The notes below the pieces were generated by a model. That model was given only the letters and a program-made list of their open reading frames with translations, did no database searches and was not told where the DNA came from. DNA of 63,207 nt, the filler included, from Stramenopiles sp. TOSAG23-3 (taxonomy: Eukaryota), in NCBI GenBank assembly GCA_900128585.1. It is 5 parts of 5 records of this genome, joined end to end, with 100 filler letters (N's around TTAATTAATTAA, not from the genome) between each part and the next. Parts side by side here need not be neighbours in the genome. Positions count along the whole stretch, not along the records: positions 1 to 19,662 come from LT642395.1; 4 more parts are not named here. One strand, written 5' to 3'. Below are positions 1 through 9,735 of the stretch, one piece after another. How positions within the stretch are numbered: the first letter of the stretch is position 1; each line of letters begins with the position of its first letter. The translations under genes were made by a program, and so were the position numbers.

Positions 1-256
1 CATTCCTTCATGAACTGCGAACTTAACTATCATTCTCAGATGTACTCCATTGATGATCTGAATCAGTAGATGGATTAAAGACTGCTTAATATGATATCGA
101 TATTAAGACGAGAAATAATTTAATTTTAATTGAATTTTAACTTTAATTAAGTCTACGCGTACTCTCGGTACTAGAATACTTGTGTCTTGTAGACAAAAAA
201 CAGAGATTAAACTTTAACTTTCAGGTTTCTTTTTTATTTCTAACCCAGGTTCTTTG

Positions 257-1729
257 TTACTCTGTTTCTTGCCCTCGCCCAAAATTATGATCGCTCTGTA
301 CCTCCCTCTCCGATTTTTCGTTCTCTGCTGCGACCTTCTCCGAGTCAGCCCGATCGACTACACTTGCATTGAGTTCTTTGGTGTTGCACCACATGTTTGC
401 AAACGATTTTATCTTCTCGGCGTGCTCCAGCCCCTGGAGCGTAACCTTTGAGCAGAACGACACGTCCAGAGTGCGCAAGGACTTGCACGATTTGCTCAGG
501 GCATTCACCGCCGTGTCAGTTACCTCGTAGCAGCTAGAAATGTCTATGGACTCGATTTCGTGGCAGCTGTGGGCCAAGAGCCGGACGCCTTCGTCCGTGA
601 CGCCGTGGCACCACCGGAGCGTTACGGTCCTCATGTGCTTGCAGCCTCGGGCTATATAGCTCAAAGTCTTATCACCGATGTTGCAATTATCGGCATAAAT
701 GTGCTGCAAACTCCCACGTTTCATGAGCAATGGGTCGAACGCTTCGTCCGTGACCCGGGGACAGAACGAAACGTTTATGCTTTCAAGAGAGGTTATCGCG
801 TACAGGATGTCCTGCACCCCGACCGAAGAAATACCCTTGCAACGGGCCATGACAAAAACTCGCAACTCGGAGGAAAACTTTGCAAGCTGGGTTAGTACTC
901 GGTCGGTGAGCTGGTTGCAACCGGAGATGTCCAGCTCCTCCAGACACAAGAGACCGTTTAAGGGGGAAAATAACGACATGTCTTGGTGGAAGGCGGCGTC
1001 CGTCAAACTTTTGCAGTCGTCCACGCGCAGGACCTGTGGTTTCAAGCGAGGGGGTAAAAAAATGTTAGAACAGATTCAGGCGGATATGATTGTACGGCGC
1101 ATGTCTCGCATACATACCTTGAGTGAGGGAGACGCCTGCAAAGCGGCGCGCAACACTATGTTGTTCACTTGTGTGCATTGTCCCAGGTCCAGCGACGTCA
1201 GTTGGTGGCAATGGAACAGGGCCTGCCTAATGACAGACTTTCTCAAATAGTGGCACGCCCGGATGTGCAGCTCGCTCCGCAGCCTTGGTCGCAAGAGCAT
1301 TAAGCACAGGGCGTCCGTGAGCTGGTTCCGGGCGACCAACCGGTTGAACATTATGTTGACCAAGTCAAACGGCAGTTTTCGCACGTTGTTCGAAAGGTCG
1401 ATGGCGGGGTGGTTCCTGTCCCTCAAAATTAAATCGCACGTCTGCTCCACCAGCGTTGTGCCCGCGCCGTCGTTGTAGGACATGCAGGCCTTTCTGTCTA
1501 CGCACGAAAGGAAAAAGGCACCCCCCGGGCTGTCCACCGCCTCGTTTCGAGTGGGGGTCGGCGGCGGTGGTGCGGGGAGAAAGGTGGGAGTCGGCGGTGT
1601 GTCGTCTAGCGGCCGCGGGGATGAAAAAACGGTCGCCGAAGTAACCAGCGTGGTGCGCGCGGGGGAGACAGTGCCTCCCCCGTCGCAGCCGTCCCTTGCT
1701 CCCGATGGGACCTTCTCGCTGTTCTCCAT
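257..1729 (-). CDS. Cysteine-containing LRR (FBXL/AMN1-type) protein, two exons (1729-1118, 1033-257)
   Basis: Many LRR-CC repeats (LTSLDLGQCTQVNN, LEELDISGCNQLTD, IESIDISSCYEVTD). ORFs 1076..1750 and 257..1045 join in frame via a GT-AG intron (..SLK|VLRVDDC..). First ATG at 1729. No clear F-box seen. Confidence 0.8.
1034..1117 (-). other. Spliceosomal intron, 84 nt, phase 0
   Basis: Minus strand AAG|GTATGT donor, CTAAC branch-point motif near 1064-1068, CCACAG|GTC acceptor; removal fuses the two LRR ORFs. Confidence 0.8.
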
Positions 1730-3380
1730 GGACAAAAATGAGAACACCACACGTGCGAGTGTAAGTGTACTTGTACGTAAATATTTGTATATTTGTATAC
1801 TTTCTTAAAGATTTAGATGTTTATGAATCCATTCATTTCATTTTCGTTCTCGTTTTCTTTTCGTTCTATATATATATAATATACGAGGACTAACCTTTTT
1901 GATACTACTTTATTTTTTATATACCTGGTAATAATATATAATAATAATAATTAAATTAATATTATAATAATAATAATTATTTAGAACAACCTCCTCCTCC
2001 TCCTCCTCCTCTCTCTTCTTCTCTCTATTATTGCTGTGGTGGTTCAATGTGATTTTATTTTTAAACTAACGAGTTCTCCTCTTGATTTTATTTATAACTA
2101 AATAGAAGATAAAGGGGACTTTTGGATGGCGTATTTACTGTACTGTATCCACATATTACATAAAACATTACTTTATATCTCTCTCTTCTCGGCTCTCGCG
2201 TCTCGGAGAGTGAGGGTAGTTTTCTCAATAGCACCTCAATAGCACTACAAGAGCTGGTTTCCAGTCCGGGATTGCGTCCTGGCTGCGGTATTCCCAACGT
2301 TTCAGGTGCTGTGTACCTGCTGTGGGAATACCTCGATTTTGGTCATAGGAAAATAATCGTATACATTTAAGTACAAGAAAAAACCACCTACAAATTGTAA
2401 AAATAGCAATATCCTTAAAATGAGTTTGGACCTACATCAAGAATTTGGAATTTTCATGATTTTTTTATGTTTTTCAACATTCTGACAGAATTATTCAATG
2501 CTACATGGATGCTAGAAATCTGTAAGAAAAATTAGCAGGGGATAGCATGATACGCGCAAACAGCCTAAAACATCTTGGCTAGAGAATCTATGTACTTTGC
2601 TACTAATAATTTTAGGCAGTTATAATAAACTATTACTAAAAACAACTCTACTACTTTCTCAATTAATATTGTTTTACATGCAAGATAATTAAATTAAATA
2701 AAAATGAATACATACACAATAAATATACAAATACACTTTCCACTCACACACGGAATATAAAATTCCTGTAAAAAGGTTTTCTAAACAAGTTTGACATTGT
2801 TTACGTGTTTAGGATTCATTTATTAGTGTGTAGAAATCATTTTCTGGTGTTAGTTTTATTTGCGCGGTGGTTTTATTTTATACGGTGTTGGGTATCGGCG
2901 TTGAGAGCTACGATCGTATAGACGTGTATAGACCCTTTTCTAGGACGTCTAGAATAATATCCAACGCGGTATAAAAAGATAGACAGGTGTGTGTGTGACA
3001 TTGTACCGAGCATATTATCGATTGGCAAGTGTGGCTGGTGTGGTCAAATTGTGTTGGGAATTGTTCGGCAGTGTGGTTGATTTCGTTGACGGTGGTTGAA
3101 TATTTTCTAAAAGGGTAGTAAACGACGTGATTAAATCAGAGGTTTCAACGGGTGTTGGATATTTTTTTGGAAGAGCAGCTGCCAACCTAGTCAGAAAAGT
3201 GATATTGAAAGCTTTTCTAACGTCATACACAAGCAATTAACATCAAACATATTGGTATATTGTTGTCGATAGATATTTGTGATTGGTTAGATAAAATAAG
3301 GCGCTTACATAAGTTTTAACCAGTATTGCGTATATTTCTGAGCGTCTGAGGCTCTAGCGCTTTCAGAAAAAAGTCAGACT

Positions 3381-5132
3381 ATGGCGTTCTTACGTATCGT
3401 GTTATTCGCTAGCTTCGTCGGAGTTGCGCTGGCGGGGGAGTGGAACTGTGCCGATACGAGTGGGGTGTTTACACAGTCAACAGACTGTACTGTAGGCAGC
3501 CAAATTGTCGTCACTGGCTCGTTGAACATCACTGGCGTTCCAGACGCTCAAGGAAACCTTCCCAAAATCATCGGTGGCGGGTCGAATCGTTTGTTCAAGG
3601 TGGACAGTGGCGGGGAGTTGGTGCTGAAGAGCTTGAACTTGACAGGGGGTGTGAGAAATTCTGGAACAGTCGCGCAAAAGTCCGGAGGGGCAGTACTTGT
3701 CACAGGTGCCACCTCGAAAGCAATCGTGTTTGGCTCTGTATTTCATGGGAATACCTGCGTTCATTCTGGGGGGGCAATCTTGGTAACAGAAGGAGGTAGT
3801 TTGTCGTTGAAAAGAGCTAATTTCACGCAAAACTCTGCCCCATATGGTGGTGGTGTATATGCCGATGGTGAATATACATATTTTTCAGCAATTGATACAA
3901 TTTTTGAAGAGAACGTGGCAACCGGACGAGGTGGGGCATTGTATGTTTGCTGCGGTTCACACAACACTGTTATTAACTCCAAATTGATGAACAATCGGGC
4001 ATTGGATGCTGCTTCCTATGGTGGAGGGGCAATTGCTTCATACAGCTGTTGTAGTTTAATATTAACAATTATTTTGAAGGGGGTCACAATGCTAGGAAAC
4101 ACAGCGGAGTCTCCGGGTCATGAAATTTACTCTTACGAGAACGATAATGACGCTGGTACAACACTCTACCACTTGATAAATACTGATTTTGGCATTGCTG
4201 GGACTACAGCAAATGATTTTAGTGGATATCCAAGTGCATACATTGGGACTCAATCCTGCTCGGACGCCCCTACCCAGTGCGCCGACAATGGCTATACAAA
4301 GGCAAGTTGCGCCACACGTCAAAACGCCAACGACGGTGTTATTTGTGCCCAAAACTGTTCAGTAGGTTACCAAAAAGCTGGAACATTCAACCACACATGT
4401 GAAACATGCCCCAGTAGAACCTACAACCCTTTATGGAATCAATACCGATGCCAGTCTTGGTCCGATTGCTCCAGCGGTCAGTACATCTCTACCAACGGCA
4501 CGAGCAGCTCTGACCGTGTATGTAGTAGCTGCGGGACCGGGAAATTTTCCGCATCTACCAACGCCTACTCCTGTACGGACTGGACGAATTGTGTGGCAGG
4601 TCAGAAAATAGCTTCCAACGGCACTGCAACCACCGACCGTATATGCGTAACATGTCCGACTGGAACATTCTCTACCGCAACCAACCAGAACGCATGCACG
4701 AATTGGACCACATGCAACACTACTACCGAAGTAGAAAGCGGCGCTGGTTCTACTACCGCGGATAGGGTCTGTGCAACAGCAGGAAGTCCTACACCAGCAG
4801 GTGATAGCCCGTCACCAGCAGGTGCTCCTTCGCCATCGGGTGATAGCCCCACACCGGCAGGAAGCCCTACACCAGCAGGAGCTCCTTCGCCGTCCGGTAA
4901 TAGCCCATCGCCGGCGGAAAGTTCGTCATCGCCAGCAGATGCCCCATCGCCTTCTGATAATGCAACATCACCGGCAAATGCCCCATCGCCTTCTGATAAT
5001 GCGACATCATCAACAGATGCGCCATCGCCGGCATTACAGGATAAGATAGACGAGCTGAGTATCGGTAGTTGCAATCAGCCAGTCTGGTTTACAACGATGT
5101 TTCTGATTGCATGGAGTATTTTGCAATGGTAG
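3381..5132 (+). CDS. Secreted/GPI-anchored surface protein: Pmp-like beta-helix repeats, Cys-rich TNFR-like repeats, Ser/Pro stalk
   Basis: Signal peptide MAFLRIVLFASFVGVALA; alternating GGA(I/V/L) and FxxN motifs; repeated CxxWxxC..G..T.DRVC; APSPS repeats; hydrophobic C-terminus with no cytosolic tail. Confidence 0.75.
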   Translation: MAFLRIVLFASFVGVALAGEWNCADTSGVFTQSTDCTVGSQIVVTGSLNITGVPDAQGNLPKIIGGGSNRLFKVDSGGELVLKSLNLTGGVRNSGTVAQKSGGAVLVTGATSKAIVFGSVFHGNTCVHSGGAILVTEGGSLSLKRANFTQNSAPYGGGVYADGEYTYFSAIDTIFEENVATGRGGALYVCCGSHNTVINSKLMNNRALDAASYGGGAIASYSCCSLILTIILKGVTMLGNTAESPGHEIYSYENDNDAGTTLYHLINTDFGIAGTTANDFSGYPSAYIGTQSCSDAPTQCADNGYTKASCATRQNANDGVICAQNCSVGYQKAGTFNHTCETCPSRTYNPLWNQYRCQSWSDCSSGQYISTNGTSSSDRVCSSCGTGKFSASTNAYSCTDWTNCVAGQKIASNGTATTDRICVTCPTGTFSTATNQNACTNWTTCNTTTEVESGAGSTTADRVCATAGSPTPAGDSPSPAGAPSPSGDSPTPAGSPTPAGAPSPSGNSPSPAESSSSPADAPSPSDNATSPANAPSPSDNATSSTDAPSPALQDKIDELSIGSCNQPVWFTTMFLIAWSILQW

Positions 5133-5412
5133 CATATCAATTATCATAATTCACGATTTCAAAATCATCATTATATTCACAAATCATTATTTACAAATCA
5201 CAATTATTATTCACATAAATTACAACCATACAAATAAAAATAAAATATCATTTACAAATCACCATTATACAAATGGAATGCCATTCAATAGTGGATTGGT
5301 CTCCATTGTCATATATATCCGAGCGTTGCATTCAATCTCAGAAGCGTGGTTTCACCAGCGTTCTATGGTAAGCATATCAATTGTCATAATTCACGATTCA
5401 CAAATCATCATT
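5126..5412 (+). repeat. Imperfect ~47-nt direct repeat (5126-5172 and 5365-5412) spanning the stop codon of the surface-protein gene
   Basis: atggt(a)agcatatcaatt(a/g)tcataattcacgatt..aaatcatcatt present twice. Confidence 0.75.
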
Positions 5413-5886
5413 CGGATTTTTTTGTACTTAGAGTATATAATTAAGATATTTAAATTTTTTTGTATACGATAAACGATAAGGGCAGGTGTCGAAATTGTTA
5501 TTTTATTAATGTTGCTAATAGAGTTATTAGTAGAGTTATTAATACTGCAGAATATTCTTAGCGAATTCGAATCCATCTTAATCTGTCCGAATCAGAATAT
5601 TCCGACATCCTAATTTTCGGATATTTTGTTTGGATGCAAAAACCGTCAAAATGGTCATGCCTATTGGAAATAGTTAATAGGCTTCAATACGTTCCGATAC
5701 TACTAGCAGGTTAGGCTACCGAGCAAAATAAGGGTGCTTATTTTAGGAGGTTTTTAACAGGGACACAGCATGGCTATATGCTAGTATGGTGATACCACCA
5801 CACTCTTCGAGCACCGAAATAATGTGGAGACCCCGACTCTCCGAGCTTTGTATATCGGCTCTCGGCGGCCACAAGAAATAATTCTG

Positions 5887-5944
<58 letters not shown>

Positions 5945-5945
5945 G
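5887..5945. repeat. (GAAA)n microsatellite
   Basis: Direct reading. Confidence 0.9.
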
Positions 5946-6134
5946 AGAAAGAAAGAGGAGGTTCTTTTCTATAATAGGAATACTACGTACAATATAAATG
6001 CACCATTTCATTATTTATATATATAGACACAGTATAGTAATTGGAGTTTTGTATATTCAACAAGGTGATTTAAATTAATAATTAACAACTAGGGAATAAG
6101 TCATAAGATAGTAGATTAATTATTATTTTTCATT

Positions 6135-7154
6135 CTAGTTGATTTTAGCGTTTGAAAAGTCCATCTCTGGATGCTGGGCCATGAACTTTTTCAACATGTC
6201 ATCCTTTTTCATTTCGTCACTGGTCGGCTTGCCCATTTGCTTTTGCCGCTGGTCGAACATCATCTTCTCGACCGTTTGACGAGTCTCGCCGTCCAAATCT
6301 CCTAGTTTCGAATTTTCAGGCACAATCTTCTTCGTGTTGATCTCTGGGCCACCTTTCACGACGCTTTTCCACCACTCCATTTGGTTGTCCTTTAAGATGT
6401 AAATAACAATATCGCGGCCCTCGTCGCTGTCTTCCAGCGTCCAGGTGCACTCGTCCGGGCGGATTTTGCCGAACAGCTCCCCTTTGATCAACGGTTCTGC
6501 ACCTTTCAAACCGCACGTCAGTTTCGACGACGAGTACGTGACATTGCAGTGCTTTCCACGGATTCCGGCAGGAACGTGGACGTAGATGTTCACCTCTTTC
6601 AGCGTTTGGGTCCATTGGTACTCGTCCGTCTCACCGCCGTTGCCGATGAGCTTGGGCCCGTCGTCTTCCTCGTCGGACTCTTCCTCGTCCTCGTCCTCGG
6701 CTTCCGCGTCCCCGGGCTTCTTGGCGTCCTTCTTGGCGTCCACGTTCGACTCGCCTTCGTCGTCATCAAGGATTTCGATCTCCGGTCCGTCGGATGTGCT
6801 CAAGGCAGCGGCTTCCTCTTTCGCCTTCTTGCGCTCCGCGCGTTTCTTTTTCCCCAATGCTTCTGCTTGGTTTCTACGTTCTTCTTCCCGCGCAGTCTGC
6901 TTCCGTTGCTTCTCCTGGGCGGCTTTCAACTGCGCCTCGCGCTTTTTTCGGACAACGCTCGCTTCCTTTACGTACCGGGAGACCACGTTCATAATGATTT
7001 CTTCCGCTTTGCCTTCATCTCCACCGGTAAAAAAGTCAGTTTTACGTTGCAAGAACGAGAAGAAGGTGTGAAGGAGGGACTCCACGCTGCCACCGTTGGC
7101 AGTGTGTTGTTGTGCAATGGACAACAAGACTGGATCAAACCGTGCTGGGTTCAT
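6135..7154 (-). CDS. nudC: Nuclear migration protein NudC / BOBBER-like co-chaperone
   Basis: N-terminal FFSFLQRKTDFF, coiled coil, CS domain (YQWTQTLKEV..IRPDECTWTLED), C-terminal LDGETRQTVEKMMFDQRQKQMGKPTSDE..FMAQHPEMDFS. Confidence 0.95.
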   Translation of the reverse strand: MNPARFDPVLLSIAQQHTANGGSVESLLHTFFSFLQRKTDFFTGGDEGKAEEIIMNVVSRYVKEASVVRKKREAQLKAAQEKQRKQTAREEERRNQAEALGKKKRAERKKAKEEAAALSTSDGPEIEILDDDEGESNVDAKKDAKKPGDAEAEDEDEEESDEEDDGPKLIGNGGETDEYQWTQTLKEVNIYVHVPAGIRGKHCNVTYSSSKLTCGLKGAEPLIKGELFGKIRPDECTWTLEDSDEGRDIVIYILKDNQMEWWKSVVKGGPEINTKKIVPENSKLGDLDGETRQTVEKMMFDQRQKQMGKPTSDEMKKDDMLKKFMAQHPEMDFSNAKIN

Positions 7155-8097
7155 GATATAGAGCTGTTCGGGTGTGCGTGAAACTGTGTGTAGCTATGCG
7201 TACTTTATTTGCGGAATAGAAAGTGTGAAAACAAAGTGGGATTGTCTGTTGACACAATGATTCATTCCGCTAGATTGGTTATTTTCATTTTTGTTTTGTT
7301 AGTAGATTAAGTACCGTACGAAGTTTGTAAGGAGGTGGATTATTAATTTAAAAAATAAAAATCAATAATATAATAATAATCAGATCTGCAGCCGGAGGAG
7401 GAGGATGATTTATTATTAATAATAATATTTTGATGATGATGATGTGATAGTGCCATAGTATTAATATTTATAGTTATTATTATTTATAATAAAATCCTTT
7501 TTTTTTTCTTTTTTCCTTCGTCGGGGAGGAGGAAGAGATAGAAGAAAGAAGAAAGAAGAAGGAGAGGAGGCAGCTGTGAATGGTGGGTGGTGTGTATGGT
7601 TTGGCTGGCATTTATATGCTGTGTCTATATATTTATTAGTTTTCAAGAAAGGAAAAAGTATTACTATACTTTTCATGTATGCTGTGTAAAGTTCTTTGAA
7701 AATATATTCGTATACAATACATTTTAATTAATTATTATTACGTATTATAATGGATACACTATGGTATAAATATATACCATCAAAAAAAAGTCTCTTCTTC
7801 ATCACCCACCCGCATCACATATGATGGAGGAGGAAGAATCGACGAGAAGAAGGAGGACGACGACGGACAAACAACAACACGACGACCCCTGCCTTCTTCT
7901 TTCTGTTCATTCCATTATTATAGGATTGTGATTTGTAATACTTCTGTATATATATAGAATATATGAAATTGATATAATTATGTGTGCTGAATGGAAATTT
8001 CAAAAGTATTGAATCAACGTGGTGAAATTTATTTCTCCAAAGCAGCCGTTTCCTTGCTCCTTTAAAATTGGGTGCGTTTCCAGATAACAATAGTATC

Positions 8098-9162
8098 ATG
8101 GCATCCTTTGCCGCCCCCTCAACGAGCGAATGGAAGGACGTGTTGGCGGGCAAAACTGAAGATACGTACGTCGTGTTGCGAATTGAAAAGAAAAGCATTT
8201 CTGTAGTGAAAAGAGGGAAGGGGTTGAACGATTTGATCGCATACCTTCTGAACGAAGAAAGTGGTCAGAAGAATGTCCTATCGATAGGATTTGTTGTTTA
8301 CGGCATTGATAGCCGCGGCGATGTAACGTCGAAGCGGCAAAAATGCTTTCGAGTAGACTGGATGGGCCCGAAAGTGAGTCCTATGAAACGTGGTTTGCAG
8401 CTGAAATGCAAGTCACACGTGAGCGAATACTTCTCTTCTTGCAATATTATTCTGCAATCAGGTGACGCTGACGACTTGAGCGAAAAAGAACTGACGGAGC
8501 AACTGTTGTCGAGCGGCGGTGCCCATAAACCAAAGTGTTACGACTTTGGGGATGGGGCAAAGACCACCGAAGAATTACTGACGAAAACCCCTTCGCCGAT
8601 TGTGGACACAAAGAAAACAGAAGCGGGAGCGCCCGAGACGTTAGCCTCCAAAATGGAAGCCGTCGATGTGGTCGCGCCAAAATTCAGCACTGCCACATCC
8701 ATCGAAAAGAACAAGTTGGTGCCCGCAGTGAAAAATGAAGCTCAGCCAACTTCAAAGCCATCCAACGACGGCAATGCAGGCGCACAGACGAAACCTTTCG
8801 AAGCTACGACGGAAACCCATGCGATTCTACTTATTTCGTCCTACGGCTCAGGTGGAGGTGGACAACAGGCAAAGTGCACAAAGTTGCGAGACACAATATC
8901 TGCGTTAAAGATTAGGTTTGTAGACGTGGATGGTGCCGATGGGTCCAACAAAGATAAGCGCAACGAATTGTTTGGAATCAGTGGAATACGAGGCGGGTAC
9001 CCACAAACATTCATTCAAACTTCAGCGGGGGTGGTGAAGTTTGTTGGCGATTACGAAAAAATGATGGATTTGGTTGAATCAAACGATATCCCCGAGGATA
9101 TACTGAAACAAAACCCTGGTATTGAAACCTTCAACACCGTTTTCAGTGATTGTAAGCTTTGA
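8098..9162 (+). CDS. Coactosin-like ADF-H domain fused to a C-terminal SH3BGR/glutaredoxin-like domain
   Basis: SKRQKCFRVDWMGPKVSPMKRG..LLSSGGAHKPKCYDFG (coactosin-type); C-terminal ILLISS..VDVDGAD..RNELFGISGIRGGYPQTF..FVGDYE without CxxC. First ATG at 8098. Confidence 0.7.
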   Translation: MASFAAPSTSEWKDVLAGKTEDTYVVLRIEKKSISVVKRGKGLNDLIAYLLNEESGQKNVLSIGFVVYGIDSRGDVTSKRQKCFRVDWMGPKVSPMKRGLQLKCKSHVSEYFSSCNIILQSGDADDLSEKELTEQLLSSGGAHKPKCYDFGDGAKTTEELLTKTPSPIVDTKKTEAGAPETLASKMEAVDVVAPKFSTATSIEKNKLVPAVKNEAQPTSKPSNDGNAGAQTKPFEATTETHAILLISSYGSGGGGQQAKCTKLRDTISALKIRFVDVDGADGSNKDKRNELFGISGIRGGYPQTFIQTSAGVVKFVGDYEKMMDLVESNDIPEDILKQNPGIETFNTVFSDCKL

Positions 9163-9735
9163 ATTTTATTATGAAATTGTCTCATTTCCTTTTGTTGTTG
9201 ATGATCTGATAATATTAATTAATTTTATTATAAGATGTGGTGATGATGATGGGTTTATTTTTTATTCTTTTTTTCTCCTATTTATTATCTCATCTCCTAT
9301 GTCCTCATCATACTCCTCCTCCTTTTTTTCTTCTTCTTCCTCCTTCTTCTTCTCATCTTCTTCTTCTTTTCTACTTCTTCTTCTTCATCATCATCATCAT
9401 TTATTTTTTTTAATATATATTTTATAATAATTAATTTGTTGCGGCGTCGTCGTTGTTGAAGAACATACATAGACTACTTGGTATATTATTATTATTATTA
9501 TATAATAATAATATTTTTTATGAATTTCCCAACCAAGAAGAAATGTCTCCTACTACTACTGTACGGATATCGCACATATAACTGAAGTTGCACGAATCTT
9601 ATTTTGCACGATGGTAAGGTTTCAACAGCAGGAGAATTTATTATTAAAAGCATTGGATCGTTCAATTAAAATACATCTGCACGCACCTAATAGACGCACC
9701 CATTTCCTACAGCTGGCCACCACGGCGTTTCTGTA

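Noticed and set aside
2202-5845. CTCGGAGAGT inverted match (2202 and 5836) and CACTACAAGA at 2243 as possible transposon ends around the surface-protein gene
   Set aside because: Only about 10 nt of match, no TSD, no partner CACTA end and no transposase.
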